Source of the DNA: Octopus bimaculoides | Lineage: Eukaryota | Length of the DNA stretch: 64,000 bases | NCBI RefSeq assembly: GCF_001194135.2 | Contig: NC_068986.1 | Coordinates: 100,871,818-100,935,817, forward strand | Direction: 5' to 3' | In this document: positions 11,965 through 23,951 of the stretch, piece by piece | Layout of the letters: each line of letters starts with the position of its first letter | How positions within the stretch are numbered: the first letter of the stretch is position 1 | The notes under the pieces: generated by a model | Told to the model about the DNA's origin: nothing | What the model saw: the letters and a program-made list of their open reading frames with translations, nothing else | Databases searched by the model: none | Position numbers and translations under genes: made by a program

Positions 11965-14900
11965 AAAAGCAATTTCTACGATACATATAAATAAAATTAA
12001 GTGAGAAACCATATAAACTACGCAGTACATATAAACCATGCGCGATACTGTGTACTGAAATTAATTTCCGTAGACAATTTTCCGCCCATTCAGTAACGGT
12101 ATACTTCATTTTGTAATGGCAAAATGGTGTTTTTCTTAGATTAGATTAAATGTAAATTGTGTTTATCGAGGATTTACGCTGTGAATGGAACACAATTACC
12201 TGCTATTTTTTTTTATTGGAATTCCATAGCTGAGAGTTCATTGCTCATAGAATTGTTTAATTTTCTTTTTTACTTTTTGTGAGGCAAGTTTGATTCCGAT
12301 TTCATATATTTCATAATATGGAGGAAAAAAAATAAATGCAATTAATTTTAAATTATACAGGTAAATATATTGCGTCGTAGATTTATATTTGTGCATTATT
12401 TTTGTATCATTACTATTTTATTTACAATTTTTTCAACATTATATTTGCACTCGTTTCCTCTAGTTGGTATTTCCTTCAATTCTATCAATGTAATTGAATT
12501 TTATAACTTGTTCTTTATTTTTCAGTGAATGTCTATATAATCAAGTATGTTCATAGAAGCATACATAGAAAAGAAGTCGAACTTTAAAATAAAAAGATTT
12601 AAAATGCATACGAATTATTAAAATCCACACATTATTTATTCGCTGTCGAAAAGCTATTGCCAGACATGGCTATACAAGTACACATTTAAAAAAAAAACAG
12701 AAAACTATTTTCATTTATTAATTTCTAGCAACACTATTAAATTAACGTGTTGAATTAATTCCTATGTAAATTCCTTCTTCTTTAAAGAAAATTATATTAT
12801 ATTACTTTTGAAGGTTTCGGTAAGTATGCACAATTTTCACGTCTAATAAATTCATTTTGAATCTATCGCAGTTAAATAAATGTATTTTGAATCTCTCACA
12901 GTTGGTGACGATTTAAATCATGCAAACAATCATTAGTTTAAAATGAAACTTTATTTTCAATAGTTTATTTCCTTTTCTTTATATATTCATTAATTTGTGA
13001 TTTGCAAATTATTTTTAAAGCACTACTTATTAGTGATTTATATATTATTTAATGTTTCCACGATATGTTTGTTTACTTTTTAACATTAACGTCATTTACA
13101 ATCGTAAATTTATGTATGGACTTAGAAGTTGACTTGTGAGAAATTATCAAGCAGTCCCTAATTAGTATGCAAGTCATTTTTTTAATCATTCCATAAATCC
13201 AGATTTATATTAGGAAACATTATTACACCAATCTAAACAAAAATCACTTGTATATATTCGGTTTTATCAGATATCTTTATATACATGTTTTTGAATAAAT
13301 CATCATTTTTATAGTATGTTTTACTCAGGTATATGAACACAGAAATGCGATACTAAATGAAAGTGCAAAATACAGATACTGTCAAAAATATACGTGTGTG
13401 ATAAAGCATTGTTGGTTCAGCATATATAGATACGTTGCTTTAGCATATATAGATACGTATAGATACGTTAAATCGTTACGACGCTCCGCAGATTAAAATC
13501 TAAATCAGTTACATTTCTAATAGTGTAATCATTTTCACACACATAGACACACGCACAAATGAATAAACGTGTGAACTAAGAGCCGCAAACGCTTATACGT
13601 ATGTACGCATGTGTGTATGCATATATAACTGCATGCAGATGTAGGTGTTTTACTTTCACGAAAATGTAAAAGATAGTAACCTGTATATTAATATCTAAAT
13701 TTAAATGACTAAATATTTCTTTTGCAATTAATAAACATTATATAATACGATCTCATGCAGGAAATACAAACTAGACGCCCGGCCCATTTTTGTCTATACT
13801 TTATTATACTCTTTGTTTCAGGTCACCAACTCTCAATCATTCGTCTAGTAAGTGAACATACTATCTACTTCGACAAAATCATAATATACAACAAGGGACT
13901 TCATCGGTGCTAATTTGAAATTGTCTGCTTTAGAAGATACTTTTCTTTGATCGTTTTTCCTCAGAGGATATCTTTGCGATATCGATACCTAAAACCGTAT
14001 TTATCGTTTGAAAATTACTGGTTCGCTGCGATAAATCTTAGACATGTCTTCATTTGTTTGCAGAAAATAGTAATATGAAGTCACTCATGGGAGAGAAACA
14101 AGTCTCGTAGCTTAATAACTTCCTTAGATAAAATATCAGTTTAAACCTAGTTTTCTTGATCTTAGCTACGGAAACGTTTATCAATATTAATTTCAAAGCT
14201 AGTTTAATACTTTTAGGAATCAGCATTTTCATTTGAATACACAAGAACCTTGAATGTAATTTAATACTGGAGGCATTTCTGTCCGTGGAAGCGGGGGTTA
14301 AAAATAACAAGTGTGTATTAAATTTAGTTTCCTCCTAAGTTTTAGGTTCACCTTCCGCCTGAGACTGACTTTGATTTTCGCATTACACTGGCTGCACAAT
14401 TTATATAGTGTTGTTGAATTAATGAAACAAATATCGAATTTGGTATATTCCAACAAATTGAAAAATCAATAATATCAGCATCAGAAAAATATCATTTATG
14501 TCAGTAAGCAGATTAAAGTTATGTTTTTCACATGAACAGTATTAATTTCATAGATCAAGATTATTTAATTTTTTCATACATCATAATTAATTGATTGATG
14601 TAGCTATTCTCTCAAATTATTGCTGTCCACAGAGGAGTTTAGTACCGTGCGGTTTACGATCGAGTCCTACAATTTCCACTTGCGCTTTGACTTGTCGTAG
14701 ACGAGTAAACAATGAAGATTTTACACAACCTTCAATTTCTGTAGAAACAGATGTATTTATATATGTGTTGAGTAAGTATTGACTTGTTCTTAACATTTGA
14801 AGACCTGAATCGGTACATCACCAACATATACCAACTCTAAATTGTAATTTATGATAATTCAAAAAATAAATGCATTCAATGAAATAGTACTCCAACTGTT

Positions 14901-15229
14901 TTCCCCTCATACGATAATTAGTGTTTCTGACGTTCTGTAATTTAAGTTTTACAAAAGCTATATATAATAACATTAATCTATATTCATCGAACGCTTTCCA
15001 CTTAAACAATTAATTCTGTATAATTTGTCCAGTAATATATAATAATATAGATTATTGTAGATAATGACATTTTTCCTGTATAAATTCTTTTATAAACTAT
15101 TTGGAAGTGTCCATAAGTATAAAGATGTTATACCGATGATGATATTGGTGCCAACGTAGCAATGAAAATGCGACAGCAAACGTTTGCTAAGTCGCGTAGA
15201 TGTCTGTCCATAATAAAAGTTATGTCAAT

Positions 15230-16200
15230 ATTCCAGCAGTTATATACAAACCGCCCACTGCTTACAATGAATTCCTCAACTCCCCATACCCAGGGACCGT
15301 CTGCGGACATGAGGTTTCTTTATTCAGTTAGGAAAATTGGGGAAAATAAACACTCTTCATCTCTGAAAATTTCGAACGCATTTCCAGTGAAATTCTCGGA
15401 GTTTTCAGACGTCATGTTACATGAAGACAAGCCCACCACACTCACTCATCCTTTTTCTCCCGTCAACCACTTTGAAAGACCTTATAGATTTGCTTACGAT
15501 TGTACTTTGTCCTTAGGCGAATTAATGTGACCGCAGGTAATTCTTTCGCTCTCTTGAATTCAAGACAGTGATATTCCAATATTTTACGCTATTCCAATAA
15601 ATTTAATCTCATTTACATCTTTGGTATCTTTACATCTTGGGTAATTATTGTGAGAAGCTTTCTATGAAATTTATTTCTTACTGTCCTTCTTCTCCCACTC
15701 ATTCTTCTTCTTCATTATGATAATAATAGTCACCACTCTCTTTCTCCGTCTTTCTCCCTCTCTCTCTCTATCATTTCTTCAATACTTCTGTACATTACTT
15801 GATGCCACCGTAAACTTCTTCAGCCGAAATGATACAGTCACAGACCATTTGAAGCATTGAGTTAGTTTTTCGTCATATTCAGATTAACTTAAAAGGCTTC
15901 TCATTCCGTCTTTGCTTAAATCTTAAATTTCTAAAACGTTCACATCATTCGTTCATACAGTCAAATGGAAACCAGCTCTCTGAAACACTCAGACCGCTAC
16001 CATTCTGAACCTATTGTTAAAAGAACATATATATCCTCACTCTCTCTGCCCTGTTGTCTTTTTCTCACCACTCTATCTATTGCACACTCCGGCAAAAAGG
16101 AGCGCTGGGGTAGGCATCTTATCTCACGGCGGTGATGCCTCCCCTCTATCATCTTCCCTGATGTTCAATATCTACTCCAATTTCGTCTTTACAACCAATC
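15230..16200 (+). mobile_element. Possible highly decayed LINE remnant
   Basis: Weak motifs only: VIYKPPTAYNEFLN (like the endonuclease YRPP motif) near 15240 and LSSSLMFNIY (like RT LSPLLFNIY) near 16150. Confidence 0.3.
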
Positions 16201-17076
16201 CTAAGCATTCCACCTACTCTCCATCTTGATCCGAATGGGTTATCTGAAATGTGTTAAATGGCTTCCTTCCATTCATAATTGATATCCGTTTACTTTTCTT
16301 TCTTTCTTTCTTGCTTCTACTTTCAGCTATTTTTCTCTCAATGTCGGGGTGATGAGGGGATTCGAGCACCCATCACTTATAAAATGACCCAATGGCCTAC
16401 GCAAGACTGCTATTAACACAACGTAAACAACGCCGACAGCAGTAACCATAACATCCACTAGCATATAATAGTAACTTGTAATAACAGTACAAATAACAGT
16501 AGGGCAAGAAAGAAGAAATCACCTAGCAACAGCAAAACCAACACCGACATTCGAAGCAACAACAACAAAAAGAGCAAAATAATAATCGCCGTAAAAGGAT
16601 CCTTCATCACCTAAAATCACAACTTCAGTAGAAACAGAAGACTCAAAAAAAAAAAAAAAGGAACAAGGGAACAATTGCTCAAATTCATGACGACATGTCC
16701 CGCCGTTCATTTTAAACCAGTCCAAAACTTTTATATATCGAATGTGGCGTGGGAGACTTTATAAGTGAAACATGCGGCAGAAAGGGGAAAAAAACTTGAT
16801 AGAGTTTCTTGATACGTTAACGAACGATACATCATCATTACCTCCTACAACAATTATGCGAGTACTATTAATACTGTTTTCATCACCACAGTCTCCTTTG
16901 CAAGAAACGGTCCCAATACATAATACATCCATATCAACATGAGTGCAACTCCATCTATATCCATATCTACAACCAAAGTGGTAGTCATTACAAACTCAGA
17001 CAGAAGACGTTCAACATAATCAGCAAAGGAAAATGAAAGCCGCATTAATACTTGAGTATTACCTATGGATAAGTAT

Positions 17077-17170
17077 AATGACACATGTAAAATGACACAT
17101 GTAAAATGACACATGTAAAATGTATAAATGACCCATGTAAAATCTATAATGACACATGTAAAATCTATAA
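17077..17170. repeat. Minisatellite, about 14-bp unit aatgacacatgtaa
   Basis: Three tandem copies followed by two diverged copies with short spacers. Confidence 0.9.
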
Positions 17171-17339
17171 AAGAAAAGATGTTTGAAATATCAAATAACA
17201 CAACTGATTCGATGATTGATGTAGAATTTGGTGTGTTCTTTAACCGAATGCAAGATGTGGTTTCAAGGTTTATGGGTGACTAAAAACGGAATATTTATAT
17301 TTTTATTTTGTAATTTAATGAAATTGTAAGTGCTTCTTC

Positions 17340-18790
17340 TATGGCCAGACATTTGGATTAGTTTTGCTTTTGTCATAGCATAACTCGCTTGTGGTATTCT
17401 CATTTATGTACGATCATGTTTAATACTACGGTCGTTTCTCTGCTGTATTTGCGTCTGTAACTATTGAGCATATACGCAATATTGAATGAAGTGTTCTTTT
17501 GTATGTTGGATGAGTGGCAAGATCTGAAATATTAGTGTAGTTTTATCGTTATAAATGAGATTGATTATAATTGTCATTTTTCTTTCAGTGTCACCATGTC
17601 AAAAAAAGTAAGTTCCCTTCCATTTATTTCCATTGTGAACTTGATTAATTCATAACTGTTACAGATTAGTTTGTGGGATCTCATAAGGTCACCCTTAATT
17701 TTGTTCCAGATTATGAAGCAGTTATTTGGAAAATTGTCCCAGTTTCTTTCGGCGTCGGATATGACATTTTGATTATATATAACCTCAGACAGCATATATT
17801 TTTTTGTTTCTTCCAGGCACCTCAATATTAGTATTGCAAACGTTCGTGAGATTTTCCTTCTCATTGGTGAGTTTTGTATTTGCGGGTAGTAGTTATATTC
17901 TTATTCTAATTATAATCCTTCAAACCGAAATTAGTTTCATTAATGACTCTTAAATACTGTGCGGCTAATTCTTTTTTATCCAGAGTTATAATGTTCCTAA
18001 TCTTATTCCAAGTGAGATATTAGTGTAAAAGCTGGTTTATCTCGAAATTAACTATGATTGTCTTTTTATCTAATTTCTCTAGAATGTGGTTTAAGAAGTG
18101 CCTGTCACCCATTATGAAACTATAGACCAATTTACACCACGGTTTCAAAATTATAACAAGCAATTTCTTCCTCTTATTTGCTAGACTCTAGCACTGCGGC
18201 AATTGGGCATAATTTTAGATCAGATTTGTTGCATACATGTTTTTTAAGTAACTTTTGATTTCATTAAATTTATGAATTTGTCGTAGTCCAGAAAACGTCC
18301 TAGATGTACCCCAACATTTGTGATGTAACTCAAATCCTTTTTTCGTTAAATAGTTGAAATTTAACTATCAATTTTTCAATTTTATTCATTGTGCCTATAT
18401 CTGCTTTAGTTTCTAGTTGTGTGTGGATATATTGGTCATAAATAGATAGATAGATAGATAGATAGTTATTTTGCCGATCAAGTGGAGTCACTCTATAAGT
18501 CTTTCCACTACTTTACTTTTAGTACTTTGCTTTTAATAATGTTTCAGATCGTTTTGTTTTACCGACACATTTTGCATTACTGTAATTTGCATTTTGCATC
18601 CTGTTCATTTGAGGCTTAAATATCATTTTGTTTTACATGAGCAATATTTCATCGTCGTGTTCCTTTTGGAAAAATTCCCATAGATGATGTTTCCAAGAAA
18701 GATCGTCAGTATATTTTAGAAGGTCTGTTGTGTTCAGTTTTGGAGTTGGTGGGAAATGAAATAGTTAATTCCAGATTCTTGCGAAATCTT
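17340..18790 (-). mobile_element. Degenerate Penelope-like retroelement, RT region
   Basis: Minus-strand motifs in PLE order: TPKLNTTDLL..HHLWEFF; NIIKSKS..KVV (like IVIK.ADKG); FSGLRQIHK (like FYGLPKIHK); DLKLCPI; NWDNFPNNCFIIWNK..DL..HKL...IKFTME...ELTFFD; HPTYKR...LRICSIVTD. A (GATA)n run at about 18441-18465 interrupts it. Confidence 0.85.
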
Positions 18791-20249
18791 GTATATATGT
18801 ATGTATTATAACTTTGAGCGTCAAGCGAGAATGTTGTTCAATAAAGGTAATTGAAACCATGAACGTGCAATGTTAAAAATATTTAGCGATACTAAATCGC
18901 CTTAGCCATAAAAGCCAATATCAAAAATTGTTGCTCATTCTTCCCTCCAACTACTTCGCTAGGCGTAGAACATACCCAATCTTTCATAGCTTTTTAGTTA
19001 TGCGGCGATACATTAAAAAATCTATTTTGTAGAAAATTATGTCTTCGTTATGAAAGAAGAATAATATACCTTCCATTTAAGAGTATGCTAAACAGAGTGC
19101 CTTTGATTAGAGGTTTCTAGGATTTTTGTTATTGGACACCGATATATGCAGGGTAGTAAATCTGTATACGTAATAGATATAATTATATATGCACATAAAT
19201 GAATAAACATTTAAATATTTAATGCAAATTCATTAAATAATTGTGTTATCTCTAAATATTATTGTATGTATCACTCTGGCTTACTATATGTATCTATTGT
19301 CTGTCTCACTCGCTTTCACTCAATGTCTATCTGTCTGTCTGTGTCTGTTTGTTGTTATGTATGTATGTATGCATGTATATATGTATCTATCTATTACATA
19401 CAGAGAGACAGAGAGGGAGAGAGAGAAAGTGAGTGAGATAGGAAGTGTCCATTTTTTGATGTAAACTATTGGATAATATGCTTCATGGGAAATACGCTGT
19501 AAAAATGATTGGTTTTCATGGAAAATCAATGCAGTCAGACTACAATATGTGAATGCAACAACTAAAAGAAAACGTCCAATTTTATGTACAAAATGGCGGC
19601 TAAGGTAGTCCTGAGTTTTAGCCTTCGTTTATTATAAAATCGCTAAATTGCTATAAGCCTTGGCTCAATAATCTCGGGGTCTGTATTAATTATACGAATA
19701 CATGTTGAATTCCATATTAATCTAGATTATATTCCTTTTTTTTTACTTTATCGTGTTGATCTCTCCAATGTTACATCATAAAACTGCTTATCCGCTGTCT
19801 CAATATTACGATATATAACCGGTGTTGCTTAGAGAGATTTCACACACATACACACATGCACAGACACTCATGCACAAATACACACGCAACACTTCCCACA
19901 CACACTTGTAGATATATATCCTACGACCAATGGCTGAAGATTCATCGAGTGATACGATAGGGAATATTCTAGCAAAATTCCATTTTCTTCATAAACTTCA
20001 CATCGTCATAATATTTATTCAAATTTATGAGGATATCCGTGACGGTGATGTTAATGCTTATAATACTGGGGTGGTGGTTGCACCACCACATCATGATGAT
20101 GATAATGACTGTGATGTGATGAGGAGCTTCATCAGCATTACTTTATCCACCATTTTAAAACAGATAACGCGTCTGTAACGTCTGTTGATAATATTTTTGT
20201 CTCCGTGTTCCGATACTTTCTAGCTATAGAAATATGAATTTCAAAATGT

Positions 20250-21450
20250 ACCCCATCTATTAGTTGCCATGATTCCTTCTCATAATTCAATATTTATATA
20301 AATCTACTTCATTACGTAATCTGTATTATAATCAACCAAAAAAAAGAAGGAATGGAAAGCAAACTCCCAAAGTTAGAACAATTACTGACAATGTAAAGGT
20401 TCGCAAATGTGTACCACATTTATATGTTCAGTGTTCAGCATTTCTGTTAATCTATCTCACTCCAAACATTGATAAATATTGCAGGAGGTATTCTGTTCTT
20501 CAAAATAAAGTGGAAAATATCGATTATTTTACTTAAATACTCTACTAACGATTAAATAAGCTCGAGTCATCAGACATTTGCCAGTTCGAATGTTTCAAAA
20601 CTGCCAATGAAAATACCTCACTCAATTTCGATGTCATTGTCGGAAGTATCTTCATATAAATATTTACAAGGTTTCCCACCATTTTCTTAATTCAAATTTT
20701 AGGGAACCTTTTCAGACTGGATTTTGTGTGAAGTCAATTGAGTTGTTGGATAAGGTTCTTTTTATGTATTATCTGTAGGAAAGAGAAGACACATATTTTC
20801 GTATTCCGGAGAACGCTTCATTTTCCTTCTTTTTCTTTTTCGAGGTGTAATTCGCATTACTTACATTTTAAAATGTTTAGTTTTTTTAAAGTTCTGTGGC
20901 GTAACGATTCAGGTTATTAATATATTGGCTCCACGAACAAGTCAATTTAATGTAATTTGTTTCTGAATGACTCTTACTTTCATCTGGTAGTGTTATGAAT
21001 TTGCTAAACATACACAAGAATGTTTAGTAGTGGCGAAGATGTATCTGGTGTTAGGTAATTAAAGGTAATACTTTACAATTCCGAATATCACAGACACGTA
21101 TATTTCTTCTCTTGGAACGATTTCTACTGATTCAATTTCGTTCTAAGCGTAAGTGCTTGTTAGTTTTTCTTGTAACAGATGTTGTTTGTTGAATTTAACT
21201 TGTTCCCCTGCTGAACATAACTCAGTAAAGAAATAACATTTTAAAAAGTATCACTGTTTGAATTTCCATACTGTCTTTCTTATGTATTATTAAGAACTGC
21301 TTTGCCAATTTTCTCAGAAGTAATTACGCCAACAAAAGTATTTATCATTTCAATATCATAAATTCAGGTATAAATGGATAACATTCAGTTAAACGCTTTT
21401 TTTTTTGAGTTTGCTTGAAAGTGTTGGTTGAATAAGTATAATTTTTTACA
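20250..21450 (-). mobile_element. Probable second, more decayed Penelope-like remnant (thumb to endonuclease region)
   Basis: Fragmentary motifs: ELCSA..VKFNKQHLLQEKL, EIVPREEI (like IPR.EL), KVLPLIT*H (like LP.VTTHNP). Many stops. Confidence 0.4.
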
Positions 21451-21985
21451 GAAATTCTGAAGTTATAGTACTTTAAACAAGATTCTCTTTCGTACTCTAT
21501 TCTGGTGTAGAGACGTTAGGGTTTCATTCATGCATGCTGTTGTGTTATTGATACCAATTCATTATAGTAAGTGTGGCTTGGTTTGAAATACCCCAGTTCG
21601 AAATAAATCAAAGTCTAAACTAATTTTATGGCATTAAATTTCCAAATTAAGTTTTCACTTCGATGAAAGTTTTTTTATATCCACATCTCGAAACATCGAA
21701 ACAAATATATTTTTTCTGGTAAAGTATTTTCTTTACCCTATATACTACTGAATACATTAACGAGTGAAATAAAGAGTACGAATTCTGAATAGCGTTCCTA
21801 GAACACTTTTGCTAATGAAAATAGCATCATTGAGATATCTGCGTAATTCCTTGATAATATTATCAGAATTAACATTGCTTGTTTTCACCTTTTCAATATC
21901 AGTGAAGAATGTCACTGGAAAAGAAGATATAAGATTTTGCCAGGTTTTTCTCTCTCACCAAGGTCATCAGCTGTCGAACGCCGAA

Positions 21986-22131
21986 GAAGGGAAATAACCC
22001 TGAAATCCGGATACGTTCGTGCTGCTGGTCGTAGTGAGAGGGATAACTCCCTTGGCAAACAGGACACAGTCGTGTGTCGATAAGCCAGCTGGAGGAGATG
22101 TCCTCCTGGGGCTAAAAGCAACAGTAACATC
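21986..22131. mobile_element. Partial copy of the 8611 MITE family with a longer interior
   Basis: Shares gaagggaaataacc and ccagctggag..atgtc.tcctggggctaaa..cagtaacat with 8789-8845. Runs into an N gap. Confidence 0.7.
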
Positions 22132-22891
22132 NNNNNNNNNNNNNNNNNNNNNNNNNNNNNNNNNNNNNNNNNNNNNNNNNNNNNNNNNNNNNNNNNNNNN
22201 NNNNNNNNNNNNNTATATATATATATATATATATCAAGAATGAAAGCGAAATTTTCTGTGTCTCTTTCGGTGTCCTGCATCCCAGTCTACATTTGCTCTA
22301 TATAGAAATGTTACGCCTTTTTAGTACCAGGATCATTTCGGGAATATCTGCCCTTCATTTAGGTCTTGAATATCCAACATCGGGACCTAATTTAGAAGCA
22401 TTTGGGTTGCTATTTCTAACAGGCAAATCTTGGCACATTCACACCATTTTGGTTGCTATTTGTCAGATGACGTCAAAGACGAAGGGGAGATAAATAACAT
22501 TCGCTTCGTCAAATATTCGTCGAGATAGGAGCTTTGAGCCAATTGCAGAAGAGTTGGATTTCAATTGCGGAGTGGAATAATATAATGATTGCGTTACATA
22601 ATTAATTTTCATCCGCCGTTCACTTCTGATCCAACGCTACTTAGACATATTGTCTTTATTGAAGTATTGTAGTCATGATACTTAGCTCTTTTTAGCTTCA
22701 GGGTTCATGCCCAATTAGCCCTCTAATGCGCAGGGAGTATGGCTTTTTCGCTAGGGTATTATATATGTATTCTCAAATGTCCATGCTTACAAACTAACTC
22801 ACACACACGCGCATGCACACACACAGGTACACACAAGACTGTTGTCACTTTCTTGTCAGATAAATACATATTCGTATACACACACACACAC

Positions 22892-22965
<74 letters not shown>

Positions 22966-23613
22966 ATATAAATAATATATACATATATACATGTATCCAT
23001 ACATATATGTACATACCTACATATATATGTATATATACATGCATATATGAGTACAGGCCATCAACTAATGTTGAACACAATGAAAAACGAAACCATCGAA
23101 CAATGAAAAAACCCCAGAGAAACGAGACATGCAACATAAAGAGTATACCCCTTCGATAGTTGTCCCTGTTCCATCTATTCCGCGTTTCGAAAGCAAGGAC
23201 GATATGTGACTTCGTTGAAACTGTCCTTCCCGCAAAGCAAATTAAATAAAATTTGGGATTTTTTGCGTGGGGGTGAAAGTGTTAACAAGAACAGGATAGT
23301 GAGGACAAGGCAGTAAAAACAAACGGTGAGGGCTGTTGAGCCAAGACGATACAAAATTTATTATGAACGCTAGGTAGATGAGCCATGAGAAAAGAGACAG
23401 AAAAATGCATACTTAGATACATACTGAAACCATTTTACTGCATGTTATACATTTACGAAAATCCACATTAATACATGGCATTTCTGGAAAAGTAAATATC
23501 TTAACTGCACTCTCAGAACCTACAGTGGAGTCATTGGAATGTATCACTAAATGGTAATCCTTCCAAAATAACGCGACTTGGCAATGCAAAAAAAAAAAAA
23601 AAAAAAAAGAAAC

Positions 23614-23951
23614 GGATCGCGGTTTCGATTCCAAGATCGGGCGTTGTGATTGTTTATTGAACTAAAACACCTAATACTCCACGAGGCTCCGTCAGGGTGG
23701 TGGTGGTGGCAAACCCTGCTGTACTCTTTCACCACAACTTTCTCTCACCTTTACTTCCTGTTTCTGTTGTGCCTGCAATTGAAAGGTTCATCCTTGTCAC
23801 ACTGTGTCACGCTGAATATCCCCGAAAACTACGATAATGGTACACGTGTCTGTGGAGTGCTCAGCTACTTGCACGTTGATTTCACGACCAGGCTGTTCCG
23901 TTAATCGGACCAAGTGGAACCCTCGACGTCGGAAGCGACGGAGTGCTAACA
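23614..23951 (+). mobile_element. SINE family C, 5'-truncated copy
   Basis: Starts in the tRNA B-box region (ggtttcgattcc) after a poly-A run. Colinear with the reverse complement of 63561-63922. Confidence 0.85.

Noticed and set aside
19585-19610. Perfect YY1-like CAAAATGGCGGC with a possible MAAK start
   Set aside because: The context reads QQLKENVQFYVQNGG, like the C-terminal ..NGG(HFE) end of Tc1/mariner transposases, so it is more likely a TE remnant. The donor is weak.
23178-23223. Third hammerhead-like motif on the minus strand (...CAACGA...CGAAACGCG)
   Set aside because: The core and stem II are too degraded to fold convincingly. At most it is a Penelope terminal remnant.
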